Assembly: GCA_021806165.1 (NCBI GenBank)
Contig: JAJZXY010000004.1
Span: forward strand, 65,595 to 129,594
Source: Thermoplasmata archaeon
Lineage (GTDB): Archaea > Thermoplasmatota > Thermoplasmata > Sysuiplasmatales > Sysuiplasmataceae
Length of the DNA stretch: 64,000 nucleotides
Direction of reading: 5' to 3'
Under the pieces are notes generated by a model. That model was given only the letters and a program-made list of their open reading frames with translations, made no database searches and was not told the origin of the DNA. Positions within the stretch are counted from its first letter, which is position 1; each line of letters starts with the position of its first letter. Made by a program: the position numbers and the translations under genes. Positions 27,391 to 37,419 of the stretch are shown here, piece by piece.

Positions 27391-28055
27391 GCGGGTCTGT
27401 GCTGCTGCTATCCGGCGGCCTTGACTCAGCGACCGTGGCTGCCGTCCTCAGAAGCAGGGCAGAACACTTCAGGGCAATTACTGTGAATTACGGACAGAGG
27501 CATGCCAGGGAACTGGTTGCGGCGCGTAACATAGCTGCGGAAACTGGTGCGCTTGAACACCTTGTGGTTTCGCTTGACATGTCCGGCATAGGCGGGAGCG
27601 CCCTGACTGACAGGAAAGTCGAGGTTCCGGACGCGGGGGGAGAGGGAATACCTGTCACTTATGTCCCTGCCAGAAACACGGTTTTCCTGTCACTTGCCCT
27701 TGCGTTCGCGGAAGCGAGGGACTGCGACTCCGTCTACATTGGAGCGAATGCTGTAGACTACAGCGGCTATCCCGACTGCAGACCCGAGTATATCGAGGCG
27801 TTCAACACCATGGCCTCGCTGGCGCTGAAGAGGGGAGTGGAGGGTAGACCGGTAGTGATCCGTGCCCCTCTGATAAGGCTGAGCAAGGCCGATATCATTA
27901 GAATGGGAACTGAGGCTGGAGCACCCTATGCACTCAGCTGGAGCTGTTACCGCGGCGGAAAGAAGGCATGCGGCAGGTGCGACTCCTGCAGGCTCAGGCT
28001 AAAGGGGTTCAGTGAGGCTGGACTGGAGGACCCTGTTGAATATGAGAATAAATGA
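27387..28055 (+). CDS. queC: 7-cyano-7-deazaguanine synthase
   Basis: [33 protein letters not shown]...CGRCDSC. Confidence 0.95.
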   Translation: MSGSVLLLSGGLDSATVAAVLRSRAEHFRAITVNYGQRHARELVAARNIAAETGALEHLVVSLDMSGIGGSALTDRKVEVPDAGGEGIPVTYVPARNTVFLSLALAFAEARDCDSVYIGANAVDYSGYPDCRPEYIEAFNTMASLALKRGVEGRPVVIRAPLIRLSKADIIRMGTEAGAPYALSWSCYRGGKKACGRCDSCRLRLKGFSEAGLEDPVEYENK

Positions 28056-28680
28056 GATTTTCACATCCATACAGGGGGAGGGCGTGTTTATCGGCCTGCC
28101 AACGCTCTTCATAAGGGCCGCCGGTTGCGACCTGAGATGCAGGTGGTGCGATACCCCCTATGCCCTGCTTGACTCGCAGGGGACTGACTGGCCGCTTGAT
28201 GACATAATGGCAGAGGTGCGGAAGAGCGGTGTTGCCAACATTTGCCTGACTGGAGGCGACCCCCTCAGGCAGCCTGATGATTCGGTTGAGCTGATGAAAA
28301 GGCTTACAGCGGCTGGATATTCTGTTGTGCTTGAAACCAGCGGCGCATACGGGCTCGCCGGCGTTCCCAGGAACGAGAGGCTGTTCATAAGCATGGATGT
28401 GAAGATGCCCGGTTCAGGTATGGCTGACAGGAACAAACCTGAGAACCTTGAACTGCTCAGGAGCGGAGACCAGGTAAAATTCATCCTTGCAGGAAGGGAT
28501 GACTATAATTTCGCAAAGGAGTTCCTCAGGGAGCACGCGGTTCCATGCGAAGTCGTATTCACGCCTGCCGGAGGGAGGGACCTTGCGTGGCTTGCTGAAG
28601 CGGTCCTTGCCGATGGTGTGAGAGCGAGGGTTCTGCCGCAGCTGCACAAGTACATCTGGGGCGACGAAAGGGGCAGGTAG
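28042..28680 (+). CDS. queE: 7-carboxy-7-deazaguanine synthase (radical SAM)
   Basis: [24 protein letters not shown]. Confidence 0.93.
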   Translation: MRINEIFTSIQGEGVFIGLPTLFIRAAGCDLRCRWCDTPYALLDSQGTDWPLDDIMAEVRKSGVANICLTGGDPLRQPDDSVELMKRLTAAGYSVVLETSGAYGLAGVPRNERLFISMDVKMPGSGMADRNKPENLELLRSGDQVKFILAGRDDYNFAKEFLREHAVPCEVVFTPAGGRDLAWLAEAVLADGVRARVLPQLHKYIWGDERGR

Positions 28681-28694
28681 CCGCCTGTAATGCA

Positions 28695-29717
28695 TCACTG
28701 TTCCGCGAGAATCTGGTCAAATGTGAAGGCAGAGAATGGTTTCAGACCTATGGCAATCTCGGCCTCCACAGGGGTCAGGAGCGGTTTCTGATACCTGTGA
28801 AAGTCGTCTATCGCTATCCTGGGGCATGCAGTTGAGACAAAGGCATCGAAGGAGTAATAGGAAATCAGGTCCGGCGAGACAAGGTTTGTATGGATGAGGG
28901 TTGCCTTACGCCCGGTTCCTGATATCTCGCTGACAAGAGTGTCGGCCACAGCGCGGCGCCTTTGACCAGGCTTTGAATTCAATATGACGCCGAATGTCCT
29001 GGCATGCATGGCTCTCTCGATGGCCGAAAGCCGCTGCTTGGTTATCCTGTCACGCAGCTCATCAAGCGACCTGACTGTCATGTCGGACGGATTTGCCGCA
29101 ACAAGCTTCCGATCGCTGAGCATCGTCAGCCCCACGGGATGAAAGTCACCGTCACCCACATAGAGAAATGTGTCAACGCTGTCCTCCATCCAGAGCGCCG
29201 ATGTGTAGTCGCATCCAAGGAGCTGTGCGTAATTCCCGAGCCTGCTGTCCCCGCGCGAGGTGCTGACCTCCAGCCCCCTGGCCTTGAGGAATGAAACAAC
29301 ATCTTCGAGTCTGTGAATGTGCTGGGCGGTGGTGACAACGCCAATCTTCCCGTCCAGGATGGGAATTGCCTTTTCAACTACAGGTAGGGGGTCTATATCC
29401 AGGAAAAGATTGGCAAAGTGCATCTTCGGTATGGCACCAATGCTGGGCATTTCAGTATGGCCAAACTGGACAACAAGGTCAGAGAGGGCGAAGAGATGGG
29501 TGGGAATGTCGCATGCGCCAAAGCAGGGTTCGGAGTCTATCATTATCGAAGCGCCAGTAACGGACGCCACCTTTTCCGACACCTCCTTTGCAAATGCACG
29601 CAGCCCTTCAGGAAGCTGGAGAGAAATCCTTGATGCCTTTCTGGCCCTGGCGGACTCGGCAATAGCCCCGAAATCGACCAGGAATTTCGAGCCGTCAACT
29701 ACAGGCTGCAGAACCAT
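28695..29717 (-). CDS. dph2: Diphthamide biosynthesis enzyme Dph2
   Basis: LQLPEGL, CFGACD, QLLGCD, TACPRIAIDD, LTPVE; ATG 29717 follows GGAGG. Confidence 0.93.
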   Translation of the reverse strand: MVLQPVVDGSKFLVDFGAIAESARARKASRISLQLPEGLRAFAKEVSEKVASVTGASIMIDSEPCFGACDIPTHLFALSDLVVQFGHTEMPSIGAIPKMHFANLFLDIDPLPVVEKAIPILDGKIGVVTTAQHIHRLEDVVSFLKARGLEVSTSRGDSRLGNYAQLLGCDYTSALWMEDSVDTFLYVGDGDFHPVGLTMLSDRKLVAANPSDMTVRSLDELRDRITKQRLSAIERAMHARTFGVILNSKPGQRRRAVADTLVSEISGTGRKATLIHTNLVSPDLISYYSFDAFVSTACPRIAIDDFHRYQKPLLTPVEAEIAIGLKPFSAFTFDQILAEQ

Positions 29718-29801
29718 CGGATGCCTCCACTTTCGATCGCCCCCTGTTATTAATCTTTTGCGATCTGGTCGCCATGGAAGCGCAAACAATAAGAGGGGAT
29801 A

Positions 29802-29822
29802 TGATATACATCATGTATATCA
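29802..29822. promoter_or_regulatory. Perfect inverted repeat TGATATACA-tca-TGTATATCA, candidate GntR/YtrA operator
   Basis: 9-bp perfect IR ending 23 nt upstream of the GntR ATG. Confidence 0.7.
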
Positions 29823-29845
29823 GAGGGAAAATGCGGGGGCTTAAT

Positions 29846-30214
29846 ATGCTGATCAGAATATCAGAATCCTCAGGGAAACCAATTTACCAGCAGATAAGGG
29901 ACGAAATAGTGGCTGCGATAGCTGCGGGAAGGCTGGAGGAGGGGGCAGTACTCCTCTCCGCAAGAAAGCTGGGGAAGGAGCTTGGAGTAAACTACCATAC
30001 AGTCAACAATGCATATAACCTGCTGTCCAGCGAGGGATTTGTGGTTCTTGACTCGAAGAAGAGGGTCGTTGTCGAACCGCACGAGCTCGTAACGGACGAA
30101 TTCAAGCAGAAGTGGAGGCAGAGTGAAACCATGAAAATAAGGGAGGGACTGGCGCATGGACTGTCCAAGGGGGAACTCAAGCGCCTGTTTGCGAAATTCC
30201 TGGAGGAAGCATAG
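29846..30214 (+). CDS. GntR (YtrA subfamily) transcriptional regulator
   Basis: PIYQQI...LLSARKLGKELGVNYHTVNNAYNLLSSEG; short C-terminus. Confidence 0.92.
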   Translation: MLIRISESSGKPIYQQIRDEIVAAIAAGRLEEGAVLLSARKLGKELGVNYHTVNNAYNLLSSEGFVVLDSKKRVVVEPHELVTDEFKQKWRQSETMKIREGLAHGLSKGELKRLFAKFLEEA

Positions 30215-30241
30215 GAGCACACCGTTACAAGGGGGAGAGGC

Positions 30242-31342
30242 GTGGTATTCAACATTGTCTTCTGGGACAGCCTGATAGTCTGGCTCTTTATCAGTGTTGC
30301 AGAGGCAGTCATGCCGTGGCTGACCCCGAAATCCATACAGTTCGGGGTCAGGATACCACCTGACAAGATAGGCAGCAGCGAGGTTCTTGAACCAAGACGC
30401 TCCTTCGTTATGGTCCAGCTGCTCATTGCGGCCGGTGCGTTCCTTGGCCTGGTACTGCTGCCCCTGATCGAGGGCGTATCCTGGCTGATGACTGCTGCGC
30501 CCGTTGCTGTGCTGGCAGCATCATTCCCAAACTATCTGCGCGTCAGGCGCGGTTTGATCAGGCTGAAGAACAGTGAGGGATGGTTCAGCGGGGTGAGCCA
30601 GCAGACATTTGTGGAGGTGCAGGATGGCGCGGAGCCGAGGGTGAACTTCCTTTACATGCTTCCTGCTGTGGCGGTTCTTCTGCTGACGGTTGTGGTTGGC
30701 GTCGATGTATACCCCTCCCTCCCTTCGATCATACCGGTGCATTTCACTGCTTCCGGGCAGGCAAACGGCTTTGCATCGAAGTCGTCTCCGGAGGCTTTCA
30801 CAGGCATCATAATGCAGGCGGTTCTTCTGGTAATGTTCACAGGCATAGCCGCTGCAGTTGTACGCACGAGAAGATCCATAGAGTCGCACGCACCGTCGAC
30901 TTCACTCTGGCAGCAGAACAGATTCAAGTCAATAGCTGCAAGGATGATGCTCCTCATGTCCTTCTTCATCGGCCTGACGCTTATGCTTTCCCAGTTTTCC
31001 ATCTGGGGTGTCATCCCCAGGGCGGATGCTGCACTGACGGTTATCCCGTCCCTTGTTGGTGTCATCGGCCTTACCATTCCGATGATGCGCGCAGGGCAAT
31101 ACGGCAGCAGGCTGAAACCTTCCGCAAACGAGCAGGGCACCGGCATAGCGAATGTTGATGACGACAGGGTGTGGAAGGCGGGAGCGGTATATTTCAACCG
31201 TGGCGACAGGGCAATACTGGTTCCAAAGCGGTTCGGCGTCGGCTGGACATTCAACTTCGCCAACCCGCTATCCTGGCTCATCCTGGCCGTCATAATTGCA
31301 CTGCCCGTTGTGCTTGTCCTGATTATAAGATTCGTGCACTGA
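30242..31342 (+). CDS. Membrane protein of DUF1648/DUF5808 type
   Basis: FGVRIP, YPSLPSIIPVHF, DDDRVWKAGAVYFN, VPKRFGVGWTFNFAN. Confidence 0.8.
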   Translation: MVFNIVFWDSLIVWLFISVAEAVMPWLTPKSIQFGVRIPPDKIGSSEVLEPRRSFVMVQLLIAAGAFLGLVLLPLIEGVSWLMTAAPVAVLAASFPNYLRVRRGLIRLKNSEGWFSGVSQQTFVEVQDGAEPRVNFLYMLPAVAVLLLTVVVGVDVYPSLPSIIPVHFTASGQANGFASKSSPEAFTGIIMQAVLLVMFTGIAAAVVRTRRSIESHAPSTSLWQQNRFKSIAARMMLLMSFFIGLTLMLSQFSIWGVIPRADAALTVIPSLVGVIGLTIPMMRAGQYGSRLKPSANEQGTGIANVDDDRVWKAGAVYFNRGDRAILVPKRFGVGWTFNFANPLSWLILAVIIALPVVLVLIIRFVH

Positions 31343-31373
31343 ATGCGTCGGTCATGATGCGTGGAACTGGAGG

Positions 31374-32237
31374 TCAGTTCAACTTCCTCCTGGCTACCAC
31401 CAGCAAATAGTCTCCCAGCCTGTTAAGGATGGGGAGACCATTGACACGTTCATCCAGCCTGAGCAGCAACGGGAGCAGGCCGCCCCACCTCTCGAGTCTG
31501 CGGGCAAAGTCGGGGGGAGGAGACAGGACAGGCAGCCCTTTCACCATGACGGTTGAAAACATACCATCGGTAAGCCTGCGGAAGTCATGGACGGAATAGG
31601 ATCTTGTTTCAAGCGAAAACCTGCAGTTACCGCGCGTTGAAAGGCCACGCATCCTCTCCGACAGCCTTCTGCGCCGAAGCTCCATGCCGTACAGCAGCAT
31701 TTCAAACAGGCAGAACCTGTTCCAGAAACCTGCAACCAGCAGTCCTCCAGGCTTCAGAATTGCATGCGCCCCGGAAATGAAATCGCCGATATGCGGTTCC
31801 GAACTGAATGCTCCAAAGGTTGTCACCACCCCGTCAAACAGGCCGCGGTCTTTGCCGATGGAGGCTATTCCTGATGCCCGCCCCCTTGAAACAGAAAGCA
31901 TATACCCCAGGCCTGCCTCTTCCGCCTTGCGGCTGAGCCTTTCAATCATCCTGGATGAAATGTCAACGGCATGAACATGGACGCCACGCTTGAGCATTTC
32001 AATAGTCTCGATGCCCGTCCCGCAGCCCACTTCCAGAACGCGATCACCTTCCCTGAAGAGTGACTCCAGCGTCTTGGTTGAGACGCTTCGAAGGTAACCC
32101 TCAATGATATTCCCTGCGATGGATGCGTCGTATTCCGCGGAGTACCAGTCGAAATTCGCTTCGAGCCTCCTGTAATAACCATCACCCGTGTGTCCGTCAG
32201 GCCATCCGTGCTTTCTCAGCGAATCATGTCCCGGCAT
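31374..32237 (-). CDS. Class I SAM-dependent methyltransferase
   Basis: VLEVGCGTG, AVDISSRMI, LKPGG. Confidence 0.85.
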   Translation of the reverse strand: MPGHDSLRKHGWPDGHTGDGYYRRLEANFDWYSAEYDASIAGNIIEGYLRSVSTKTLESLFREGDRVLEVGCGTGIETIEMLKRGVHVHAVDISSRMIERLSRKAEEAGLGYMLSVSRGRASGIASIGKDRGLFDGVVTTFGAFSSEPHIGDFISGAHAILKPGGLLVAGFWNRFCLFEMLLYGMELRRRRLSERMRGLSTRGNCRFSLETRSYSVHDFRRLTDGMFSTVMVKGLPVLSPPPDFARRLERWGGLLPLLLRLDERVNGLPILNRLGDYLLVVARRKLN

Positions 32238-33186
32238 CGCCCTTCCCGCCTTGGGGACCGGGGACAGGCCGTCCTGTCCTCTTCAGACCGTAAAGTGTCC
32301 CGGCTATCATGTTGAGCATCAGTAATCGCCGCCTATCTCCTCCGTTGGCAAGATAGGCGGCCGAGTTTGGAAGCACAAACTTCATTGAGCGCAGGAATGC
32401 CTCGGGCCTGAAGAAACGCGCGCCTGGGTGCAGCCTGCGCATCAGCAGATACCAGTCTCCTATTTCCCTTTTCACACGGAACGGATCCTGCATCCCGTGG
32501 CTTGCCCAGAAAGCCTTGCCTCCAGGAAGCTGGACGTCATGGTAGATGAACGAGCCCGTGTCAGCAAGCACATCCCAGCCTGATCTGCGGAAGGTTGCGC
32601 ACAAATAGGCGCTGCTGTTAATGCTGAGAGCCTCGTCAAAGCCTCCTGTTTCCAGAAGTGCGGAACGGCGTACAAGGGAGGCATTAGGAAGGGCGTCAGT
32701 TTGAAGCAGCTTTCCCTCAAGGGAAGGCTGGCGTTTCTTGTTCCTGCCAACGAGTTCATGCGACCACTGTCCTTTCGAGAAAGGAGTAGCGTAGACCCAT
32801 ACAAGCGAGGGATCCCCCTTGTACAGGACGGCTGGCATTATGGCGGCTGCACCAGGGTGGAGAATCATATTCCTGGTCAGGGGGTCGAATGTTTCCCTGC
32901 CAACTATGTTGTCATCATCAATGAAGTAGATGAATTCAGTCGATGCCATCCTCCATCCCAGGTTTTTTGCCCTGGAAATGTAAACACGCCTGTCCAGTTT
33001 CAGGTGCCTCACAGGCGATGAAGACAGGTGCGGCCCAATATCCTGCTTCACCGCTGAATCGTCTACAACTATGACCTCTGACAGGTTTTCCGGAGAGCAC
33101 CTGTCAATGCTGTCAAGCAGCGCGGATAACCGGCCGTAGCGGCTGTGTGTGGGAACAACGATCGTGAACTTGTCAGGTGCAGGCAT
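32224..33186 (-). CDS. Glycosyltransferase family 2
   Basis: IVVPT, VIVVDD, AKNLG, FIDDDN; ATG 33186. Confidence 0.88.
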   Translation of the reverse strand: MPAPDKFTIVVPTHSRYGRLSALLDSIDRCSPENLSEVIVVDDSAVKQDIGPHLSSSPVRHLKLDRRVYISRAKNLGWRMASTEFIYFIDDDNIVGRETFDPLTRNMILHPGAAAIMPAVLYKGDPSLVWVYATPFSKGQWSHELVGRNKKRQPSLEGKLLQTDALPNASLVRRSALLETGGFDEALSINSSAYLCATFRRSGWDVLADTGSFIYHDVQLPGGKAFWASHGMQDPFRVKREIGDWYLLMRRLHPGARFFRPEAFLRSMKFVLPNSAAYLANGGDRRRLLMLNMIAGTLYGLKRTGRPVPGPQGGKGDAGT

Positions 33187-33287
33187 AGGCAGCCGTCCCT
33201 CTAGGGCGTTCGGTGTAGATAAAGAAATTTTACACCAGCGCAGTTGAGCCTCATGAACCGGCAGGGAATGGACAAGGTTAATACGCA

Positions 33288-33551
33288 TTGCACCCCTTTT
33301 CCTCCCTGAAAGCACCGGAGATGCTGGCATTGCCGCTGAAATTCATCTCGGAGAGGCATACGCTGAAGCTCCTCTTGCACGAGAAGGGAGCCATATTATC
33401 ACTGACAACCAGAACGTACTCCTACCTGTTCTTCTTCTCTAGACGGTTCGTCGGGATGAAGAAGGTTGTAACAGCGGACAGGATAGTTGCGAAGGCGGGG
33501 TATGATGTATACGGGACCCTTGATCTTATCAGCAGCACTTACGGGGCATGA
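33288..33551 (+). CDS. Small hypothetical protein upstream of priS (start uncertain)
   Basis: Fills a roughly 430-bp gap on the same strand as priS; no recognisable motif. Confidence 0.35.
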   Translation: MHPFSSLKAPEMLALPLKFISERHTLKLLLHEKGAILSLTTRTYSYLFFFSRRFVGMKKVVTADRIVAKAGYDVYGTLDLISSTYGA

Positions 33552-33622
33552 GCGACGGTGCCTAACGCTTTACCAGCAGAATAGGTTAAATCAGGAAACC
33601 TCTTCGGAAGCATGGCGATTGA

Positions 33623-34846
33623 ATGGCAGCAGCGCAGCAGTCGGTGCCGCAGGAGCTATTGTTTGCAGCAAGGCAGTTTGCCAGCTACTACGGTTCACAT
33701 CCGGTCGCTGAAGTCCCTGGATTCAGTTCAAGGGAATTTGGATTCATGTTCTTCGACAGGGGATACGTGCACAGGCATGTGGGCTTCAATGACCGTGCGG
33801 ATTTGCAGAAATACCTTGCAGGCAAAGCTCCCTCGCATGCATACTACTCCACCGCCTATTATGAAATGCCCGCTGCTCACACAATGGCTGAAAAAGGATG
33901 GCTGGGTGCTGACCTGATATTCGACCTGGACGCGGACCATGTGAAAGGGTCCGAAGGCCTTCCCTATGAAAAGATGCTGGCCAGGGTCAAGGAGGAGATG
34001 ATAAGGCTATACGATGATTTCGTCTGCTCGGATCTGGGCTTTAGCGAAAAGGAGACTGAAATCGTGTTCTCCGGCGGCCGCGGATACCACATCCATGTGT
34101 ATGCAGACAGCGTGAGGAAACTGGGCAGCCATGAAAGGAGGGAAATTGTGGACTACATAACAGCCACAGAGCTCGATCTGGGCATCCTCTTCTCATCTAC
34201 AGTTGTGGACGAGGCACGCAGCGGAAGACCGCTGAAGATGACAAAGCTTCCGGAGATTTCCGAGGGTGGCTGGTACGGGAGGGCGAGAAGGGCGATGGAT
34301 TCCCTTCTCCTCGAATTGCAGTCCGTGCCGAAGGAGGAGGCTCTGGCCATGCTGGTGAGCAGCGGAGTGAAGAAGCAGCAGGCTGCGCGCCTGTACTCAG
34401 CACTCTTCGAGGAGGGGAGGAAGGACAGGATTCAGACTGAGAGTGTGCTTGAAGTCCTCACTGACAGGGAGGAGGATATCAGGGCATTCACGGCGCTTGT
34501 CCAGAAGAGGACTGTTCTGACCATGGCAGGGCAGACAGATGAGCCTGTCACAAGCGATACGCACAGGCTTATACGCCTGCCCGGCAGCCTCCACGGGAAG
34601 AGTTCGCTCAAGGTTGTGACTCTGAAGCGTGATGAGCTGACGGATTTTGAACCGCTCAGGGATGCCGTTGCGGACTTTCCCGACCATCCGGTTACAGTCT
34701 ATTCCGAAAAGGCGTTCCTTTCAGAGCCCGTGGGAGGCGAATCAGTGCCTGTGAAAGAGGGTGCCAATGAAATCCCCCTGAGGACTGCGATCTTCCTTAT
34801 TCTGAGGAGGAAGGTAAGGCTTCAGCCTCCAGGGGGGACAGGGTAG
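33623..34846 (+). CDS. priS: DNA primase catalytic subunit
   Basis: REFGF, YYSTAYY, DLIFDLDADH, FSGGRGYHIHV, DEPVTSDTHRLIRLPGSLHGKS. Confidence 0.95.
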   Translation: MAAAQQSVPQELLFAARQFASYYGSHPVAEVPGFSSREFGFMFFDRGYVHRHVGFNDRADLQKYLAGKAPSHAYYSTAYYEMPAAHTMAEKGWLGADLIFDLDADHVKGSEGLPYEKMLARVKEEMIRLYDDFVCSDLGFSEKETEIVFSGGRGYHIHVYADSVRKLGSHERREIVDYITATELDLGILFSSTVVDEARSGRPLKMTKLPEISEGGWYGRARRAMDSLLLELQSVPKEEALAMLVSSGVKKQQAARLYSALFEEGRKDRIQTESVLEVLTDREEDIRAFTALVQKRTVLTMAGQTDEPVTSDTHRLIRLPGSLHGKSSLKVVTLKRDELTDFEPLRDAVADFPDHPVTVYSEKAFLSEPVGGESVPVKEGANEIPLRTAIFLILRRKVRLQPPGGTG

Positions 34847-34919
34847 AAGGGCCCTCTTCCCCATGATAATCGTCGGCAAACGTATTTAAAAACCGCAATC
34901 AAATCACGACCCGTATCGA

Positions 34920-35747
34920 ATGAAAGCGATGGAAATTGAAAACGATCCACGCCTGGCGAGAATACTTACCACCAGGGGTCTACTCTTCGGCTTGCAGGGT
35001 GCAGCCATTGCTCTCTTTGCTTTCTACGTGGTTGTATTGAACGGGCTGTCGCTCAGACCGGTTTATTTTCCCATATACAACGCGGTTTTCCTGGGTTCAA
35101 TACTGCTTCTCATAGTCTCAATAGAGAGGATATTCTTCTTCCGGCTGTGCATAGTGTACGGAAAGAGAAGCGGTGCGAAGTTCCTGATAGCAAGGAAGCG
35201 GTTCAGGGGATCTGTCGCACTGATAGCGGTTGCAGCTGTGCTCGCTGCCGTACTGATAGTATTCACATTTACACCCGTGCTTAACATGTCTGGAAACGTC
35301 CACGGCCAGCTGGGCACTGTCGAATTCCAGAGCAGCAACTTACTGGCCCTGAACTCCGTCAGCAGTATTACAATAACCAACACAGGTGCGGGGAACCTGA
35401 CCTTCGCGATTGTTCCCGCCGGGGATTACAATGCCGCGGGGGCCACTAACCAGGAGGCAAATGAGAGCGCGCTGATGCAGGCCAGCATAAACCCCGGGAC
35501 CAACCATGTGACACCGGGCAACAGCGTGACTGTTGACATCTTCCCTACCCTGAACTCCAGGTACTTTGTTGTCATGTTTCCAAGCGGTGGGACGGTAAGC
35601 GCGAGCTACACGCTTGGAATGAAGGCAATGCCATCGCTGATGTATGCGCTTTTCATGGCGGCTGCAGCTGTGCCAGTTTCTGGGTACATGGCGGCATATT
35701 CAAGGTCAAAGATGAAGGAGCTCAGGCCGGCTACGATATTTGCATAG
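34920..35747 (+). CDS. Hypothetical membrane protein (about 4 TMs with an extracytoplasmic domain)
   Basis: Hydrophobicity pattern; Asn/Ser/Thr-rich loop; TATA-like TATTTAAAA upstream. Confidence 0.65.
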   Translation: MKAMEIENDPRLARILTTRGLLFGLQGAAIALFAFYVVVLNGLSLRPVYFPIYNAVFLGSILLLIVSIERIFFFRLCIVYGKRSGAKFLIARKRFRGSVALIAVAAVLAAVLIVFTFTPVLNMSGNVHGQLGTVEFQSSNLLALNSVSSITITNTGAGNLTFAIVPAGDYNAAGATNQEANESALMQASINPGTNHVTPGNSVTVDIFPTLNSRYFVVMFPSGGTVSASYTLGMKAMPSLMYALFMAAAAVPVSGYMAAYSRSKMKELRPATIFA

Positions 35748-35813
35748 ACGGCCCCCTTTGGCTAGAAAACGTTTAATTACAGTTACAGTTAGTCAATGTG
35801 CACCGTGATCACG

Positions 35814-36047
35814 ATGAAAGCGTTCGAAGTAAAGGGTACATTCAAGGTAGGTGACAGAACCTGGCAGAAATTCTCATTGCAGGTTGCCTCTGAGGATGCA
35901 GAGGGAGCGGAGGAAAAGGTCATGACCATTCTGGGCAGCAGACACAGGACGCCCAGGAGATCCATAAACATTGAAGCCGTTGGAGAGATAAGCGGCAAGC
36001 AGATAACGGATGTGGTGGTCAGGCACCAGGTGGGTGCGAAACTTTGA
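35814..36047 (+). CDS. rplX: 50S ribosomal protein LX/L18Ae (eL20)
   Basis: MKAFEVKGTF...LGSRH...RRSINIE; upstream of prefoldin alpha and ftsY. Confidence 0.9.
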   Translation: MKAFEVKGTFKVGDRTWQKFSLQVASEDAEGAEEKVMTILGSRHRTPRRSINIEAVGEISGKQITDVVVRHQVGAKL

Positions 36048-36469
36048 ATGAGAATGAGCTCAGGCAGACTCTGTCTGTCATGGACAACCTGAAGGAGCAG
36101 ATAGAGAGCCTGTCTGGGCAGCTGCAGCTCATTCAGGATTCGGTAAATGATTTCTCAAGGGCAAAGGAAACAGCAAGGCAGTACACCTCTTCCGCAACCG
36201 ATACTGAGATGATGGTGTCCGTTGGCGGCGGCGTATACCTCCCTGCCAGAATTGTGAATACCGGAAGAGGGCTGGTCTACACCGCGGCAGGATATACTTT
36301 CGAGGAGCCCGTGGACAGAATAGTGGAGATTGTGGACGGCAGGATCAAGGAACTCGTTGACGCCTCCCAGAAAGTCTACCAGCGGATGTCTGAAATGCAG
36401 AACCAGCTTAACACGCTTCAGGCAATGGTGGAGGAAGAGGCAAGGAAGGAGCAGGGACGAGTGGGTTGA
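36044..36469 (+). CDS. pfdA: Prefoldin alpha subunit
   Basis: Coiled coils flanking a VSVGGGVY hairpin; conserved rplX-pfdA-ftsY order. Confidence 0.9.
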   Translation: MNENELRQTLSVMDNLKEQIESLSGQLQLIQDSVNDFSRAKETARQYTSSATDTEMMVSVGGGVYLPARIVNTGRGLVYTAAGYTFEEPVDRIVEIVDGRIKELVDASQKVYQRMSEMQNQLNTLQAMVEEEARKEQGRVG

Positions 36470-36472
36470 CAA

Positions 36473-37402
36473 ATGTTTACAGCCCTAAAGAAGAAGCTCG
36501 GACTCCTCAGGAAGAGCGAAGACGGCGAAGCGACCGGACCTATTGGAGAACAGGGAAAGAGGATCAGGGAGGAGAAGCTTGAGGAGATATGCTGGGACCT
36601 TGAGATGGCACTCCTTGAATCTGATGTCGCAGAGCCTGTCGCAGAAACAATCATAGGAGAATTGCGCGAAAACCTCAGGGGGAAGAAGATTGCCAAGGGG
36701 TTCGACCTGGAGGATGAGATCGAAAAATCCCTGAGGGCATCCGTGAAATCCATTCTGTCTGCCAACACAATGGACTTTTACAGTACAGTGACCGCTCCCG
36801 AAAAGCCGGTTGTTATCATGTTCGTTGGAATCAACGGGACGGGCAAGACAACAGTCATTGCCAAACTTGCATCCATGCTGAAGGAGAGGGGCAACACCGT
36901 GGTGATAGCGGCAGGCGATACCTTCAGGGCGGGGGCGATAGAACAGCTCAAGATACATGGCGATGCCCTGGACATCAGGGTTGTTTCACATGAGCACGGG
37001 GGGGATGCTGCCGCTGTGGCCTTCGATGCCGTTGAACACGCGAGGGCAAGGCACAGGGACTTCGTCCTGATTGACACTGCGGGGAGGATGCAGACCAACA
37101 GCAATCTCATGGACGAGATGAAGAAGATCAGGCGCGTTGCGGACCCGCGTTTTGTTGTTTTTGTAGGCGACTCGCTCGCAGGGAACGACATGGTGGAGCA
37201 GGCGAAATCGTTTGATCAGGCAGTTGGCATAGACATGGTTGTCCTGACAAAGATCGATGCGGATGCGAAGGGGGGAAGCGCACTTTCAATCGCCAAGACC
37301 GTGGGGAAGCCGATAGTATTCCTTGGAACGGGCCAGAAGTACGGCGATCTGGTGCCCTTTGATCCCGACTGGATGGCTCAGAGGCTCATTTCGGCGGCCT
37401 GA
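36473..37402 (+). CDS. ftsY: Signal recognition particle receptor FtsY
   Basis: GINGTGKTT, DTFRAGA, DTAGR, TKID, GTGQ. Confidence 0.97.
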   Translation: MFTALKKKLGLLRKSEDGEATGPIGEQGKRIREEKLEEICWDLEMALLESDVAEPVAETIIGELRENLRGKKIAKGFDLEDEIEKSLRASVKSILSANTMDFYSTVTAPEKPVVIMFVGINGTGKTTVIAKLASMLKERGNTVVIAAGDTFRAGAIEQLKIHGDALDIRVVSHEHGGDAAAVAFDAVEHARARHRDFVLIDTAGRMQTNSNLMDEMKKIRRVADPRFVVFVGDSLAGNDMVEQAKSFDQAVGIDMVVLTKIDADAKGGSALSIAKTVGKPIVFLGTGQKYGDLVPFDPDWMAQRLISAA

Positions 37403-37419
37403 ACGGGCTCTGCATGGCA

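Noticed and set aside
26914..28680. queDCE as a DNA 7-deazaguanine modification (dpd) defence island
   Set aside because: No dpdA/TGT-like or restriction genes nearby; ordinary preQ0 supply for archaeosine is the simpler explanation
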